DNA of 64,000 nt from Squalus acanthias (Eukaryota), in NCBI GenBank assembly GCA_030390025.1, contig CM059432.1, positions 20,338,001-20,402,000 on the forward strand, read 5' to 3'. Shown in pieces: positions 63,528 through 64,000 of this stretch (its first letter is position 1; the number at the start of each line of letters is the position of its first letter). Both the position numbers and the translations under genes were made by a program. A model generated the notes under the pieces. It was given only the letters and a program-made list of their open reading frames with translations, ran no database searches and had not been told where the DNA came from.

Positions 63528-64000
63528 GGGCCAAAAATTCGGCCCTTGCCGGGTGAGTACGCACTGTGTACTCACCCGTAAGGCGTCCTGAAGTGCCGGT
63601 TTCCTGCATGCACTGCGCATGCGTGGGAAACCGGAACTTCCGGTCTGGTGAAGGGGGCGATTCCTAGGTGAACCGCGTGCGCGGTAGAGGCTGCGCGCAC
63701 GCAGCAAACTTAGATTTTTTTTCAGGTTTCTACGGGAGGGTAAGTATTGAAGAACCTGCGCTTTTAAAAAGGAGGCGCAGGACCCGTTTTCAACAAGGTA
63801 AGTGGTTAATTATAATTTTAAAAATTTTCAACAGGTTTATCTTTTTTTTTAGATACTTTAAAGAAAGGTAAGTTTATTTTTAGCACTCTTAAAAAGTATT
63901 TTAATTTTTTTTTAATTAAATTTTTGTTTAAAGTAGTTAATTTAGTTAACTTATAGTTATGTTATAAAAGTGATTTTTAAAAAAAATTATTTTAAGTTTA
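63528..64000 (+). mobile_element. Second Harbinger-like MITE (runs off the window)
   Basis: ATT|GGGCCAAAAATT start. Same GCGCATGCG palindrome, donor series and AT-rich core as the reverse complement of 14098-14841. Confidence 0.75.

Noticed and set aside
63219..63707. 162-aa minus-strand ORF
   Set aside because: Spans the MITE and the inverted-repeat arm, with no recognisable domain or transposase motif.

Overview
Repeat-dense vertebrate genomic DNA, most likely a cartilaginous fish (shark). This is inferred from the DeuSINE/SacSINE1-type SINEs, HER1/HE1-like CR1 tails and abundant Penelope elements. The only host-gene coding sequence I can support is the first coding exon of a TSNARE1 (syntaxin-12/7-like t-SNARE) orthologue on the minus strand: 25207->25123, MSYGAIDGSSFSGRNPFGGPSRQGYQPL. 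The left 25 kb is therefore probably intron, and the right 39 kb is 5'-UTR intron or upstream DNA. The rest is mostly nested mobile DNA: (1) two Penelope-like (GIY-YIG) families carrying minimal hammerhead-ribozyme motifs, including a young element with an inverted pseudo-LTR and two miniature hairpin derivatives; (2) a decayed Gypsy element containing a 1.45-kb solo LTR of another family and a CR1; (3) a second solo LTR; (4) many CR1, L2, RTE and other LINE fragments; (5) tRNA-derived SINEs; (6) a Tigger-like MITE; (7) two copies of a Harbinger-like MITE carrying an NRF1-type palindrome followed by three positionally conserved splice donors. All coordinates were read by eye. Family names come from recalled motifs, not database searches.
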